Shown one piece after another: positions 1-11,788 of a DNA stretch of 64,000 nucleotides (position 1 is the stretch's first letter; every line of letters starts with the position of its first letter). Under the pieces are notes generated by a model that was not told the DNA's origin, ran no database searches, and was given only the letters and a program-made list of their open reading frames with translations. This stretch comes from Malacoraja senta (lineage: Eukaryota). Both the position numbers and the translations under genes were made by a program. The stretch covers positions 1-64,000 of the forward strand of contig JAXLNO010001854.1 in the NCBI GenBank assembly GCA_038087875.1, written 5' to 3'.

Positions 1-1023
1 TTCTCCAACCTTAAAGTGATGTTCTCTGGTCTTCAACATTTCCACCCTGGGAAAAAGGTTCTGGCTGTCCACTCTGTCTGTGCCTCTCACCATGTTGTGC
101 ACTTTCATCAGGTCTCCCTTCAACCTCCAGTATACAAGAGAAAACAATCCATGTTTGTCCAATCTGTCCTTGCACTAATGCCTCAGACAGAATTCAGGTG
201 ATGTGCACTTTCAATAAAGAAGTGACTTCTGCATTAGTAGGTGTTCCACCTCTCCAAGATTTCCTCAGCTGGTGTTAGACACCCACATGATGGTAAAATT
301 CAGCCTGCATTAAATGACCAATCAATGTTGTGTTAATGTTGTTGCCATCTTGTTGTTTGTTGCATGCTTCCTGTCCTGCAGACCCTATCCATTACCCCAT
401 CACCACTTCCCCAGAAGACGATAATGAGATTTAAGAAGCTTGAGGATAGGCACGTAGATATGCAGGGAATTGAGGGATATAAATCATCTACAAGCATGAA
501 GAGTTTAGTTGAACTTGACATCATGTTCGGCACAGACATTGTGGCCGAACTCCAGCCCATTACACCCTTAATGAACAAAAATCTATCAATCTCAATCTGG
601 AAATTTTCAAGTGGGCAACATATTCAACAGATTACAGAATCGAGAACCAGAGGACATAGGTTTAAATTGAGGGGGGAAAGATTTAATGGGAATCTGATGA
701 GCAATTTCTTCCCACACAATGGTACCTTTCTAACTATTCTGACATTCGTCAAGGCTTGGAGATTACAAACCTACTCGTCCTGAAAGTTTAATCCCATTGT
801 TATCAAATGAAAGTAAATATAATGGTGTTAAAGAAGGAACTGCAGATGCTGGAAAATCGAAGGTACACAAAAATGCTGGAGAAACTCAGCGGGTGCAGCA
901 GCATCTATGGAGCGAAGGAAATAGGCAACGTTTCGGGCCGAAACCATATAATGGTGATGGCCATGTTGAAATAATAACATATAAAACAAAAATCCTCGGC
1001 TGTGGAGTGTTTTGGGAAGCCAC

Positions 1024-1075
1024 ATGGATTTTATCGTTACTGTATTCCACTCTTAGCCATCTTATGTTTCTCCTG
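1024..1075 (+). other. Candidate leader (signal peptide) exon of the class I gene, containing an in-frame TAG
   Basis: Unique-sequence island; ATG at 1024, 52 nt to a phase-1 donor CCTG|GTAAC compatible with the alpha1 acceptor; reads MDFIVTVFHS*PSYVSP. Only weakly hydrophobic. Confidence 0.25.
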
Positions 1076-1664
1076 GTAACACTGAAACAGACACTTCTAA
1101 CTCTGCCCTCGGGGCCCCTTCTCACTTCACTTAAACACATGAACTTTGACACTGTCTGGTGTGCTGCATGTAATCTTTATCACAGAACAAATACTGCTTA
1201 TGCATGTGGAAACAAGAAACTGCACATGCTGGTTAATACACATAAAATACTGGAGTAATTCAGCAGGTCAGGCAGTATGTCTGGAGAACATGGTTAGGTG
1301 ATGTTTCAGTTGACACAAGTGTAGGAAGGAAGTGCAGATGTGTAAGAAGGAACTGCAGAAGCTGATTTAAACCGAAGATAGACAATAAAGCTGGAGTAAC
1401 TCAGCGGCACAGGCAGCATCCCTAGAGAGAAGGTATGGGTGACGTTTCGGGTCGAGACCCTTCTTCTGACTGCTGATGCAGATGCTGGTTTACACCGAAG
1501 ATAGATACAAAAGGCTGGAGTAACTCAGCAAGTCAGGCAGCATCGCTGGAGAAAAGGAATAGGTGGAGTTTCAGGTCAAGACACTGCATCAGACAGAGTC
1601 GGGGGTGCATATATTTCATTGTACTTTGTCATATCTCTCGGTTCTCTGTCCCCTGACTCTCATT

Positions 1665-1692
1665 CTGAAGAAGGGTCTCGACACGAAACGTC
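1665..1692 (+). ncRNA. Hammerhead-like core with stem II mismatch
   Basis: CTGAAGAAGGGTCTCGACACGAAACGTC; an opposite-strand copy with a core mutation lies at 1441-1468. Confidence 0.45.
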
Positions 1693-2822
1693 ACCTTTTC
1701 CTTTTCTCCGGAGATGCTGCCTGACCCACTGAGTTACTCCAGTATTTTGTGTCGAGTTTCAATTTAGGCCCTGTTTATCTCAGTCTCCACCACCCCCCCC
1801 CCCCCCCCCATCTCTATGAGCTGTGTTGCAGCTGCCTATGAGGACCTGGACTCAATCCTGATCTCTTACAACCTGGCTTTTTTTCCCCCCTGCAAACGTG
1901 TGTTTGCTATGGTTATTCCAGTTTCCCCGCACGTCCCCAAAATGCCGGGCTGAAAGGTAAATTGGCCAGTGTGAATTGGTCATGCATATGTATTAGAATT
2001 GGTGGAGGGGATGAGGGAGGTGTTAATGGGAGATTGGCAAATATTAAAAGGGTTAGCGTACCACAGGTATAAATAGGTGTTTGATGGTCACCACGAACTT
2101 GGTGGGCTAAAGGGCCTTTTATGTGCTGTACCCAGTGGACATAAGTTTAAGATGAGGGGGGAATGATTTAATAGGAACCTGAGGCATAGCATTGTTACAC
2201 AAAGGGTGGTGGGTGTACTGAATGAACTGCCGGAGAAGGTAGTTCAGGCGCGTACTATCACGACATTTAAGAATCATTTAATCAGGTACATGGATAGGAT
2301 AGGCTTATAAGGATATGGGCCTCAGTCAGCTGTAGAGCCCACATCAATGGATATTTCTCAGGTGGAGATTAACAGATTCTTGATCAGTATGGGTTTCAAG
2401 GGTTATGGGGTGCAGGCAGGAGAATGAGGTTGATAGGGAGAGATAGCTCAGCCATGATTGAATGGCCGATGGGCTGAATGGCCTAATTATTCTCCTAGAA
2501 CTTATGTACTGATGAAATACAGGCAGTGTAGATGAGGCATGTTGGTTGGTGTGGCAAGTTGAGCCATAGGCCCTGATTCCCTGCTGTATGACTCTTTGAC
2601 TTTACCTCTCTATGATTCTATAAAGTCTCCTTGACATTGTCCAGTTTCTTAATATAATAAAATATTCTTCAAATTTTGGAATATTGTAACTAGTAGAACC
2701 TATCGACATGATAGACAATAATAGATCTTTGAAGATGGGAAACAATCCAGTAGGATCATTCAATACCTCGACCATAATTGGTGGAGTAGGTATCAGAGCC
2801 CATCATGCCAACTCTTGAAGAA

Positions 2823-3131
2823 GGCTCAGTGGTGCAGCGGTAGACTTACTCGATTACAGCACCATAGACCCAGGTTGGATCCTGATTACGGATGCTGTCT
2901 GTACGGAGTTTGTCCATTCTCCCCATTACCGTGTGGGTTTTTCCCGAGATGTTCGGATTCTTCCCACATTCCAAAGACGTATAGGTTTGTAGGTTAATTG
3001 GCTTGGTCTAGAATGTAAATTGTCCCTAGTGTGTGTAGGATAGTGTTATTGTGTGGGGGTTGCTGGTCAGTGTGGACTCGCACGAAGGGCCTGTTTCCAT
3101 GCTGTATCTCTAAGCTAAAAACTAAACTAAA
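2823..3131 (+). mobile_element. HE1-like elasmobranch tRNA-derived SINE (representative copy)
   Basis: GTGGTGCAGCGGTAG..GATCCTGATTACGG..GTTTGTAGGTTAATTGG..GCTGTATCTCTAAG(CTAAA)n tail. Further copies near 5703-5995(-), 7181-7470(-), 7525-7812(-), 18920-19240(-), 35386-35690(-), 38215-38468(+) and elsewhere. Confidence 0.8.
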
Positions 3132-3321
3132 GGCTCCTGACCCAAATTGTCACCTGATTATTGATGCTGCCTGCCCCACTGAGTTCATCCAGCACTTGCA
3201 TCTGCAGGTCCTTGTGACTCCCTTATTCAAAGTTATTGTATTGTTATCAGTTTTAGCATTAATAACTTAGTTATTTTCAGTGAATGATACAATCATACTT
3301 ATTTTTGTTTATGCATTGCAG

Positions 3322-3582
3322 ATTTACACCATCTTGCATTTTACTACCTGTTGAACCATGGATTGAATGAGCTGCCTGAGTACAGTATGGTAGCAATGCT
3401 GGATGACGTCCAGATAGCATATTTTGACAGCACACTAGAGCGGGCTGTTCCCAGACAGCGATGGATGGCCCAGTCTTTCCCGCAGGATCACTGGGATTCA
3501 ATGGCCATCACAGTTGCAGGTTTTCATGGGATTGTCAGAGGAAATGCTGAGATAGTCTACCAACAGCAACATGGTATCTCAA
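3322..3582 (+). CDS. MHC class I alpha1 exon
   Basis: ttgcag|AT...TCA A|gtaagt, 261 nt, phase 1-1; (D)LHHLAFYYLLNHGLNELPEYSMVAMLDDVQIAYFDSTLERAVPRQRWMAQSFPQDHWDSMAITVAGFHGIVRGNAEIVYQQQHGIS. The LDDxQxxYFDS..PRxxWM..xW pattern is typical of class I alpha1. Confidence 0.93.
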
Positions 3583-5327
3583 GTAAGTGTCGTGAGCGGA
3601 CCTGGGGTAGACACTCAGTGATGACACAGATGGATTTTGTTTTACTTTTATTGTTGACACATGATTCTCTGATACACTTTTTTTGCATTAGTCAATCACA
3701 TCAAAGAAAACTATTCATAAATACAATCAAACCAAACTCGTACAATAGGTAGAGCAAAGAGTGCAGAATGTAGTTCTCAGCATTGTAATGTACCAGTGCC
3801 AGAGACAAAGTCCAGTGTCTACAATGGGGTTGAGGTGAACCCTAGCATAAGGGAGGACTGTTCAGAAACCTGATAACATAGGGGAGGAAACAGTTACTGA
3901 GTCTGGTGGTGCACGCTTTAATGCTTACGTACCTTCTGCAGGAAGAAGGAGTGACCAGAACGGGACAAATCTTTGATTATGTTGTCTGCTTTCCTGAACC
4001 AGTTGAAATACAGATGGATTCACTGGTGGGGAATCATGTTTGTGTGATCGATTGTGCTACATCTCCACCTCTCTGCAATTTCCAGCGGTCTTGGGCAGAA
4101 CTCTTTCCAAACTAAGTTGTGATGCAACCTGTCAGTATGCTTTCTATGGCACATTTATAGAAGTTTGTAAGAGTCATTGGAGATGCCGCATTTCCTTAGT
4201 CTCCTGAGGCAGTAGGGGAACCAGAAACTCTCAACCTTTTTCACTTCAGCACCATTGATGCTGTTTCAGACATTTACTCCATAACATTTTGATAGAGACA
4301 CGGCCCATCGTCTATATTTAATGTGTCCTAACTGCTGAACACACAGTCATAACAGTTGGCTGGTGATAGTCTCTTTATGGGTTAAGCATTTGATATTCAA
4401 CACCAGTAATAAGTGGATGGATTGGATCATCTGTTTTGTTGGGCTGGAATGAGGGAGAAACCATTAGTTTATTTATAGCCTGATCATCTAGAGATGGGAT
4501 CTTGATTTAAGCTGGTTGATGGTGACTATGAGGTATTCCCTCAGTAATAATATTGTGTTAATCCAGCATCCCCTCAATATTGGCAACAATCCTCAGAGGG
4601 TGTAGCAATCCCACACAGTGCAACAGCCTTGATGTACTTCCCATCTGCATTGCCTTAACCTTCAGACTGACCTGTTGGCTCTGTAGCATTGCCCATCTGA
4701 CAATGCACTTCTTCCTCTGTTCTTTATGTACGACAGTGCAGAATCTGAGTTCCACCCTTCTGACACAGCAGAACTCCTTTAGTGTTACATCCGCAACAGT
4801 AAAGCTCCCCCCCCATAACACTTGAGGTTAGTCCATGCCCTCAGTATATAGACCATGGGTCATTGAGTCACACATCATGGAAACCGGCCCTTCTGCTCAC
4901 TGAATCCACATTGATCATCCATTGTGCTAAGATGGAGTCACAGCAAACTGCAGATGCTGCCAATCTGAATTTAAAACAAACAGGAGGAACTCAACGAGTC
5001 AGGCAGCATGCTGTGGAAAAATGGACAGAAAACATATGAGACCAGGACCATTTAGAGTGATGGGGTAGAGTGGAGAAAGCTGGAAAAGAAAAGTAGTCTG
5101 TGTAGGATAGTGTTAATATGCGGGGACCACTGGTCGGTGCGGACTCGGTGGGCCGAAGGGCCTGTTTCCGCGCTGTATCTCTGAGCTAAACCTGCTCCTG
5201 TGCTGTACAGCTCCATGTTGTGTTCTGTTATGCCTGTTTGTACCATGCTGAGAACTGATTTGTAAATTGCCTCTCCCTTCCATCCACTCTCCCCAACACA
5301 AATCCTCCACCCCTACCTCAGCCCCAG

Positions 5328-5603
5328 CTGTTTGCTTTGTGCAGGGTTTCTGCGGCTGTGAAGTGGACAGTGACAATTCCACTGATGGGTTTGTCAGACT
5401 GGGTTATGATGGGGAGGATGCCTGTGCTTTTGACAAGGACAGAATGCACTGGATTGCACTACGTCCAGATTTCCAGATGCTAGCAGATCGGTGGAACGTC
5501 AACACCTTCATGAACAAGTATTTTAAAGATCTCCTGGAGAAGGACTGTGTGAAGTGGCTGCGGATATATCTGGAGTGTGGACAAGAAGCACTACAGAGGA
5601 GAG
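5328..5603 (+). CDS. MHC class I alpha2 exon
   Basis: cccag|CT...AGA G|gtacac, canonical 276 nt, phase 1-1; (T)VCFVQGFCGCEVDSDNSTDGFVRLGYDGEDACAFDKDRMHWIALRPDFQMLADRWNVNTFMNKYFKDLLEKDCVKWLRIYLECGQEALQRR. C101/C164, YDGED, W133, W147 and W167 equivalents present. Confidence 0.95.
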
Positions 5604-6807
5604 GTACACGACGTAGGCACTCTGACTGATGGGCCAGAGGATATCCTCTGGATAGATCAGGTGGGAAATATCATGCACTTCAGGCTGTCACTTGAGTAAT
5701 TATTTAGTTTAGTTTAGAGATACAGCGCGGAAACCCACCGAGACCGCACCGAGCAGCCATGCCCGCACACTAACACTATCCTACACACACTAGGGACAAT
5801 TTGCATTTATACCAATCCAATTAACCTACAAATTTGTACGTCTTTCGAGTGTGAGGGGAAACCGAAGATCTCGGATAAAACCCATGCAGGTCACAGGGAG
5901 AACGTACAAACTCTGTAAAGACAAGCACCCGTAGTTAGTAACAAACCCAGGTCTCTGGCGCTGTAAGGCAGTAGCTCGACCGCTTCGCCACCCTGTTCTA
6001 CAACGTGGGTATCAGTAAATTGTCTGGCAACGTGCCTCTTAGATGGAACCAGTGGGTAGGAAGTGCAAGTGAAAGATAAATATTGTACCAGTGTCCTTTA
6101 TCCACAGTCATATAGATATTCAGGAAATGGAGGAATATGTATCTTGGTCTTATGTTTAGCACCGACCTTGTGGCCTGAAGGGTCTGTTGCTGAACTGATC
6201 AGAAACCCAATCAGATTCTCTATTTGCCTCTATTACTCCTTGGGATGGTGACATTCAATTTCCAACAGTTCTCTATTTGAAGAACTTCTTCCTCCCATTC
6301 CCTCTTGGAATATTTAGTGTTATTATTCAGCAGAGATTCATGAACAGGTAGAAGCAATCATGTCTACAGTATCAATCCCAATGGTGAGTTATACTCCTCC
6401 ATTGGGCCTGCATTCCCCTTTCATCTGTGCTGTCAGTTAAAGTCTGGAGCTAAGATAAGGAGCATGTCAGTGATATTAAAGCTAAATGTTTTGTTGTTTT
6501 GCCAGAAATGCAAAATGAAAAGAGAAAAGGCTGTAAACTTTGTGCAAGATAGAACTGCAGATGATGGTTTACACTGAAGATAGAAGATGTTGGTGTAACT
6601 CAGTGGGTCAGATAGCATCTCTGGGCATTCCTTCTCTCCAGAATGCTGCCTGACCTGCTGAGTTATTCCAGCATTTTGGGTCTAGGCTGAAAACTTAGTT
6701 CAGCCAGAGAAAAAACTCTGATTGGGAAAGTGGTGAGTTGCAGTGATCTTACAATTGAAGGCTTTTGTTCATGTCTTCACTGATTCTGACTCTTCTTACA
6801 CTTGCAG

Positions 6808-7080
6808 AAACCCCTGAGGTGTTTATTGGGATTAAACGTGATGGGTCGCAATCACTGAGACTCTCCTGCCTTGTCACAGGCTTCTAGCCACGGGCCATCG
6901 ATGTAACGTGGCTGAGAGATGGTGAGGGGGTCCATGAGTCTGAATCCAGTGATCTGTTGCCCAATTGGGATGGGACTTACCAGCTGAAGAATACAATTCA
7001 ACTGAATAGAGAAGATGTGGCAAAATTCTCCTGTTACATCGAACATGCAACTCTGCTGCAGGGAGTCAATGTTCCACAGG
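6808..7080 (+). CDS. MHC class I alpha3 (C1-set Ig) exon with premature stop
   Basis: ttgcag|AA...CAG G|gtaagt, 273 nt; (E)TPEVFIGIKRDGSQSLRLSCLVTGF*PRAIDVTWLRDGEGVHESESSDLLPNWDGTYQLKNTIQLNREDVAKFSCYIEHATLLQGVNVPQ; TAG at 6885-6887 replaces the Y of GFYP. Confidence 0.95.
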
Positions 7081-8274
7081 GTAAGTGGCAAGTCAATGAG
7101 GCTGATCACTTGAGACCATAAACCTCCTGGACTGAGATAACAGTCTCAACTCACACTCTTAACTAAGCTGTGGATTTAGACTTTAGGCTTTAGAGATATG
7201 CTGCAGATACAGGCCCCTCAGCTCACTGAGTCCTCGCTGAATAGTGATCAACCCATACATTTACACTAACCTACACAGTACGGACAATTTACAATTTTAC
7301 CTAAGCCAAGTAACCTACAAACCTGTATGTCTTTGTAGTGTGGGAGGAAACCCACGCAGTCACAGGGAGAACATACAATGTCCTTGCAGACAGCACCTGT
7401 AGTCAGGATCAAACCCAGGTCTCTGGTGCAGTAAGGCAGCAGCTCTACCGCTACGCCACTGTGCCACCCATTATTAATTTGTGGTTATCTAATTGCTCAT
7501 AATTATTGATAGTCAATGGAATGTGGTTTTAGTTTAAGAGATACAGCGCAGAAACCGGCCCTTCAGCCCACCGAGTCTGCGTCAACCAGCGATCCCTGCA
7601 CACTTACATTATCTTACTTATTAGGGGACAATTTACAATTATACCAAGCCAATTAACCTACAAACCTGTATGTCTTTGGACTGAGTGAGGAAACCGGAGA
7701 TCCAGGCAAAACCCACGCAAGTCCCGGGGAGAAGGTACAAAACTCTGTACAGACGGGACCCGTAGTCAGAATTGAACCGGGTCTCTGGCGCTATAAGGCA
7801 GCAGTTCCACCGAGTGGGCAAAGCAGAGCCAAATGGAATACAGTGTAGCAAGTGTCTGGTTTTACATTTTGGCAGTCGGAATAAAGACATAGACTATTTT
7901 CTAAATGGGGAGAGAATTGAGAAACCTGAGCTACAAAGTGGGAGTACTAGTGCAGGATTCCCAAATAGTTCATTTGCAGATTGAGTCAGTGGTAAGTAAG
8001 GCAAATGCAATGCCAGCATTCATTTCGGGGGGCGTAGAATATAAAAACAATAATATAATGCTGAGGATTTATCGGGCACTGGTGAAGACACATTTGGAAT
8101 ATTGTGAGCAGTTTTGGGCTCCATATTAGAAAGGATGTGCTGGCTTTGGAGAGGGTCGAGAGGATGTATGTCCTGGGGATGATTGATTTAACGTATGAGG
8201 AGTGTTTGAAGTCTCTGTGCCTGTGCTCATGGGATTTAGAAGGATGAGGTGGGAATCTCATTGAAACCTACCAG

Positions 8275-11200
8275 CAGGGCCGGATTTAGATGAAGAGAGG
8301 CCCTAAGCTGTTCCACTTGTGAGGCCCCCCCCCAATCCCCCACCCCCACAGGAAGATGGTCCACCAGATTGACACCGATTTGCAGCCGAGCGTGGCCAAT
8401 GAGATAAGGGGCTGGAAAGCTGGGCTTTATTTATTTATTTATTGCCACTGCTAGTGTCGAGTTATTGGCTTAAAACACTATTATTCTGAAATGGAGGGCA
8501 AGGAAAATTACTGAAGTGTTGTTTAGAGACTACAGTGCGTTGTGACAGCATATGTAAGAAAGGCCTATGAACAGTGTCAAAAATATTATACACCTTGCAG
8601 GGCTCTCACTTAATTTTTTTTCTCTGTTGTCAGCCGGGCAACCTTGGTAGCTTTTTAAGTTGCCAAATGACAGTTTAGGTGGTTATTTAAGATGGCTTGC
8701 ATGACACGTGCGATAATGTGCTCGGACGACCAGTCAGAATTATGCTCAATGAAGCATTCACATATTATTTCTGCTTCAAATAAAGCCACAAACTAAACAT
8801 ATTCACCAATCAGGACATGATATATACCACAATGACATGCAGCACAATTATAATACTGTATCTTAACTCTTTTTACACGTTGCAATGAATGCAATTTCTA
8901 TTATTTCTTTCCACTTCCAAAAAAAAATGTGGTTGGATTATTCAGCGTATGATCAACCTCGGTGAGAACAAGTGCAGGCTTGGCGATTGCTTCGCACAAC
9001 ACCTCCACTCAGTTCGCAATAACCAACCTGATCTCCCGGTGGCTCAGCACTTCAACTCCCCCTCCCATTCCGAATCTGACCTTTCTGTCCTGGGCCTCCT
9101 CCATGGCCAGAGTGAGGCCCACCGCATATTGGAGGGGCAGCACCTCATATTTGCTTGGGTAGTTTACACCCCAGCGCTATGCACATAGGCTTCTCTAATT
9201 TCAGGTAGTCCTTGCTTTCTCCCTCCTTCCCCTCCCATTCCCAGCTCTCCCACAGCCTACTGTCTCCGTCTCTTCCTTTATTTTTCATGTCATTCCCCCC
9301 CCCCCGACATCAATCTGAAGAAGGGTCTCGACCCGAAACATCGTCTATTCCTTCGCTCCACAGGTGCTGCCTCACCCGCTGATTTTCTACAGCTTTTTTG
9401 TCTACCAATGGGATCCCACAACTGGCCACATCTTCCCATCTCCTCCCCTGTTGGCTTTCCATAGAGACCGCTCCCTCCGTAACTCCCTGGTCAATTCGTC
9501 CCTTCCCACCCAAACCACCCCCTCTCCTGGCACTTTCCATTGCAACTGCAGGAAATGCTACACTTGGCGTTTTAATTAAGTTCAAGACAATGGGGCTGTA
9601 CATTGGCCATAAGGTTGCTGCCTAAAAGTGCCAGAGACCTGGAATTGATCCTGAATATGGGTGTTGTCTGTTTGGAGTTTGCTCCTTTTCACTTTGATCG
9701 CATGGGTTTTCTTCGGGTGCTCTTGTTTCCTTCCACATTCCAAAGGTGTGCAGGAACCTATTTCAGAACCAACCCTAAACGTAATATTTCCCTTTTGTCC
9801 AGAGATTCTGTCTGACCTGTTGAGTTACTCCAGCTTTGTGTGTCTATCTTCAGTTTAAACCAGCATCTGCAGTTCCTTCCTACACACACGATACTATACG
9901 ATAGAACTTTATTAATCCCAGGAGGGAAATTGTGTGTGTGTGCGTGTGGGTATATATACTATGCACACACACACACACACATATATATATATACAATACA
10001 ATTACAATACAATTTTATTTGTCTTTTGGACAAATTTGTCATTTGGACCCCGTTGAGGTCCAAACTAAATGTCGTTTCTGCAGCCATACATTACAAAACG
10101 AAGAAGACCCGAGACACAACACAATTTACACATACATCCATCACAGCGCTGTGATGGAAGGCAAAAAAACGTATCTCTCCACTGCACTCCCCCCCCCCCC
10201 CACCCCCCCGATGTCAGAGTCAAAGTCAAAGCCCCCGGCGGGCGATGGTGATTATCCCGCGGCCATTAAAGCCACGCCGGTTAATGCAGGGTCGCGCACC
10301 GCGTCTTGGTGTTAGAGCCCCGGCGCGCGCTCGCAAAGTCCGGCGGCCATTCCAAGCCGCGCGGGGCGGTGATGTAAAGCCCCCCTCCAGGTGCTCTTCA
10401 ACCCCGCAACTCGGGCGGGAGAAGTCGCCGCTGCGGATGCCCCGAAAAGCGGTGTCCCACCAGGGGACCCACGGGCTTCCGGTGTTGCCGTCCGCCAGAC
10501 CCGCGGTTGTAGCCTCCGAATCTCCGGGGGTCGGGTAGCAGCAGCGATTGTCTCCACCACAGCTATAAATATACACCGTTTTGTTTTCTCGTTTATAACA
10601 TTGTTTACAGAGTACTATGTTTACATATTCTGTTGTGCTGCTGCAAGTAAGGATTTCATTGTTCTAACTGGGACGTGAGAGAATAAACTCTTGACTCTTG
10701 ACTTACTTCGCTAATGTGTGGGAAAGAACTAGTGTACGGGTGATCAATAGTTGGCGTGGACTCGGAGGGCTGAAGGGCCTGTTTCCACGCTGTATCTTCA
10801 AATTAAGCTAAAGACACTAAAACCAGAGGGAGTCTAAAGAAGTGTTTCTACCCGAAACGTCACCCAATTTCTTCTATCCTGAGTTGCTGGCTGCTCCATG
10901 GAGTTCCCCCGCACAATTAAAGCATGGAATAGTCTTCACCCTACCATAGTTACCCAACCAGACGCAACTAAATTTAAGGTACCTCTTTTTTCCCCAAGAA
11001 CCCTTTTTTGCTTAAGTCCAAGTCAAGAGTCAAGAGAGTTTTATTGTCATGTGTCCCAGATAGGACAATGAAATTCTTGCTTGCTGCAGCACAACATAAT
11101 ATGTGAACATAATACAGAACAGGAGATAAAAGTTCAGTGTGTTTATATACCATAGACCATATATATACACAATAAATAAACAAATAAAATGCAATAGGCT

Positions 11201-11788
11201 GTTATTGTTCAGCCCTCTACCACCTCCAGTTTAAATTCCTTTTAGAATATTTATGGAGGATCAGGAAACCAGAAGCGAGAGTTACTCCAGGGAGATACTC
11301 CTGATCCAGGGTCAGGGAGTGATTCTGTGTTAGTTTTCAGCGGTTGCGGCGAGGCAGCAATGGCGGCCAAATCTCCCACAATTCAAAGCGAGGGAGAAAG
11401 TGCCCAGCGCCGACCAGTTGCCGTGGCAGTGCGCATGCGCAGGGCGGCCGATGACGTGCGGGCTGTGGTTGTGCGCATGTGCAGGGGAGGACGTGCTGGC
11501 CGTAGCAGTGTGCATGTGCAAGGCGGCCGGCCGTGCCAGCGGATGAGGAGCGAGCGGAGAACGGAGACCCGGACACGGAGAGTGACAGACGGAGATAGAG
11601 ATAGAGAGGGGGGCCGCCCCGCCCAGAGTTGAACGGCTGGTGTCCTGCCTTGGCCGGAGGCCCCCTATATTTCAGGGCCCCAGGCTTCAGCCTATGAAGC
11701 CTAGTGGTAAATCCGGCTCTGCGAGCCCCTCCTAGATCTCCAGGCCCTAAACTGAAGCTTGTCCATCTTATATGTAAATCCGGCCCTG
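8275..11788. mobile_element. Non-autonomous hAT-type element with nested insertions, in the alpha3-TM intron
   Basis: 14-bp TIRs CAGGGCCGGATTTA / TAAATCCGGCCCTG; perfect 8-bp TSD CCTACCAG (8267-74, 11789-96); splits a CR1 fragment whose sequence resumes across the TSD. Confidence 0.9.
8950..9570 (+). mobile_element. Penelope-like element fragments (GIY-YIG C-terminus, terminal repeat, Zn-linker)
   Basis: GENKCRLGDCFAQHLHSVRNNQPDLPVAQHFNSPSHSESDLSVLGL; degenerate hammerhead core at about 9315-9342; FPSPPLLAFHRDRSLRNSLV..PGTFHCNCRKC. Confidence 0.85.

Noticed and set aside
797-1258. 153-aa ORF upstream of alpha1
   Set aside because: The first half is PLE-derived repeat and the rest has no homology; only the internal leader-exon candidate was kept, at low confidence.
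10226-10678. Cluster of overlapping GC-rich ORFs (also 11327-11632, 20819-21235, 23862-24173)
   Set aside because: They lie in dispersed GC-rich repeats ending in LINE-type tails; open in several frames because of composition.
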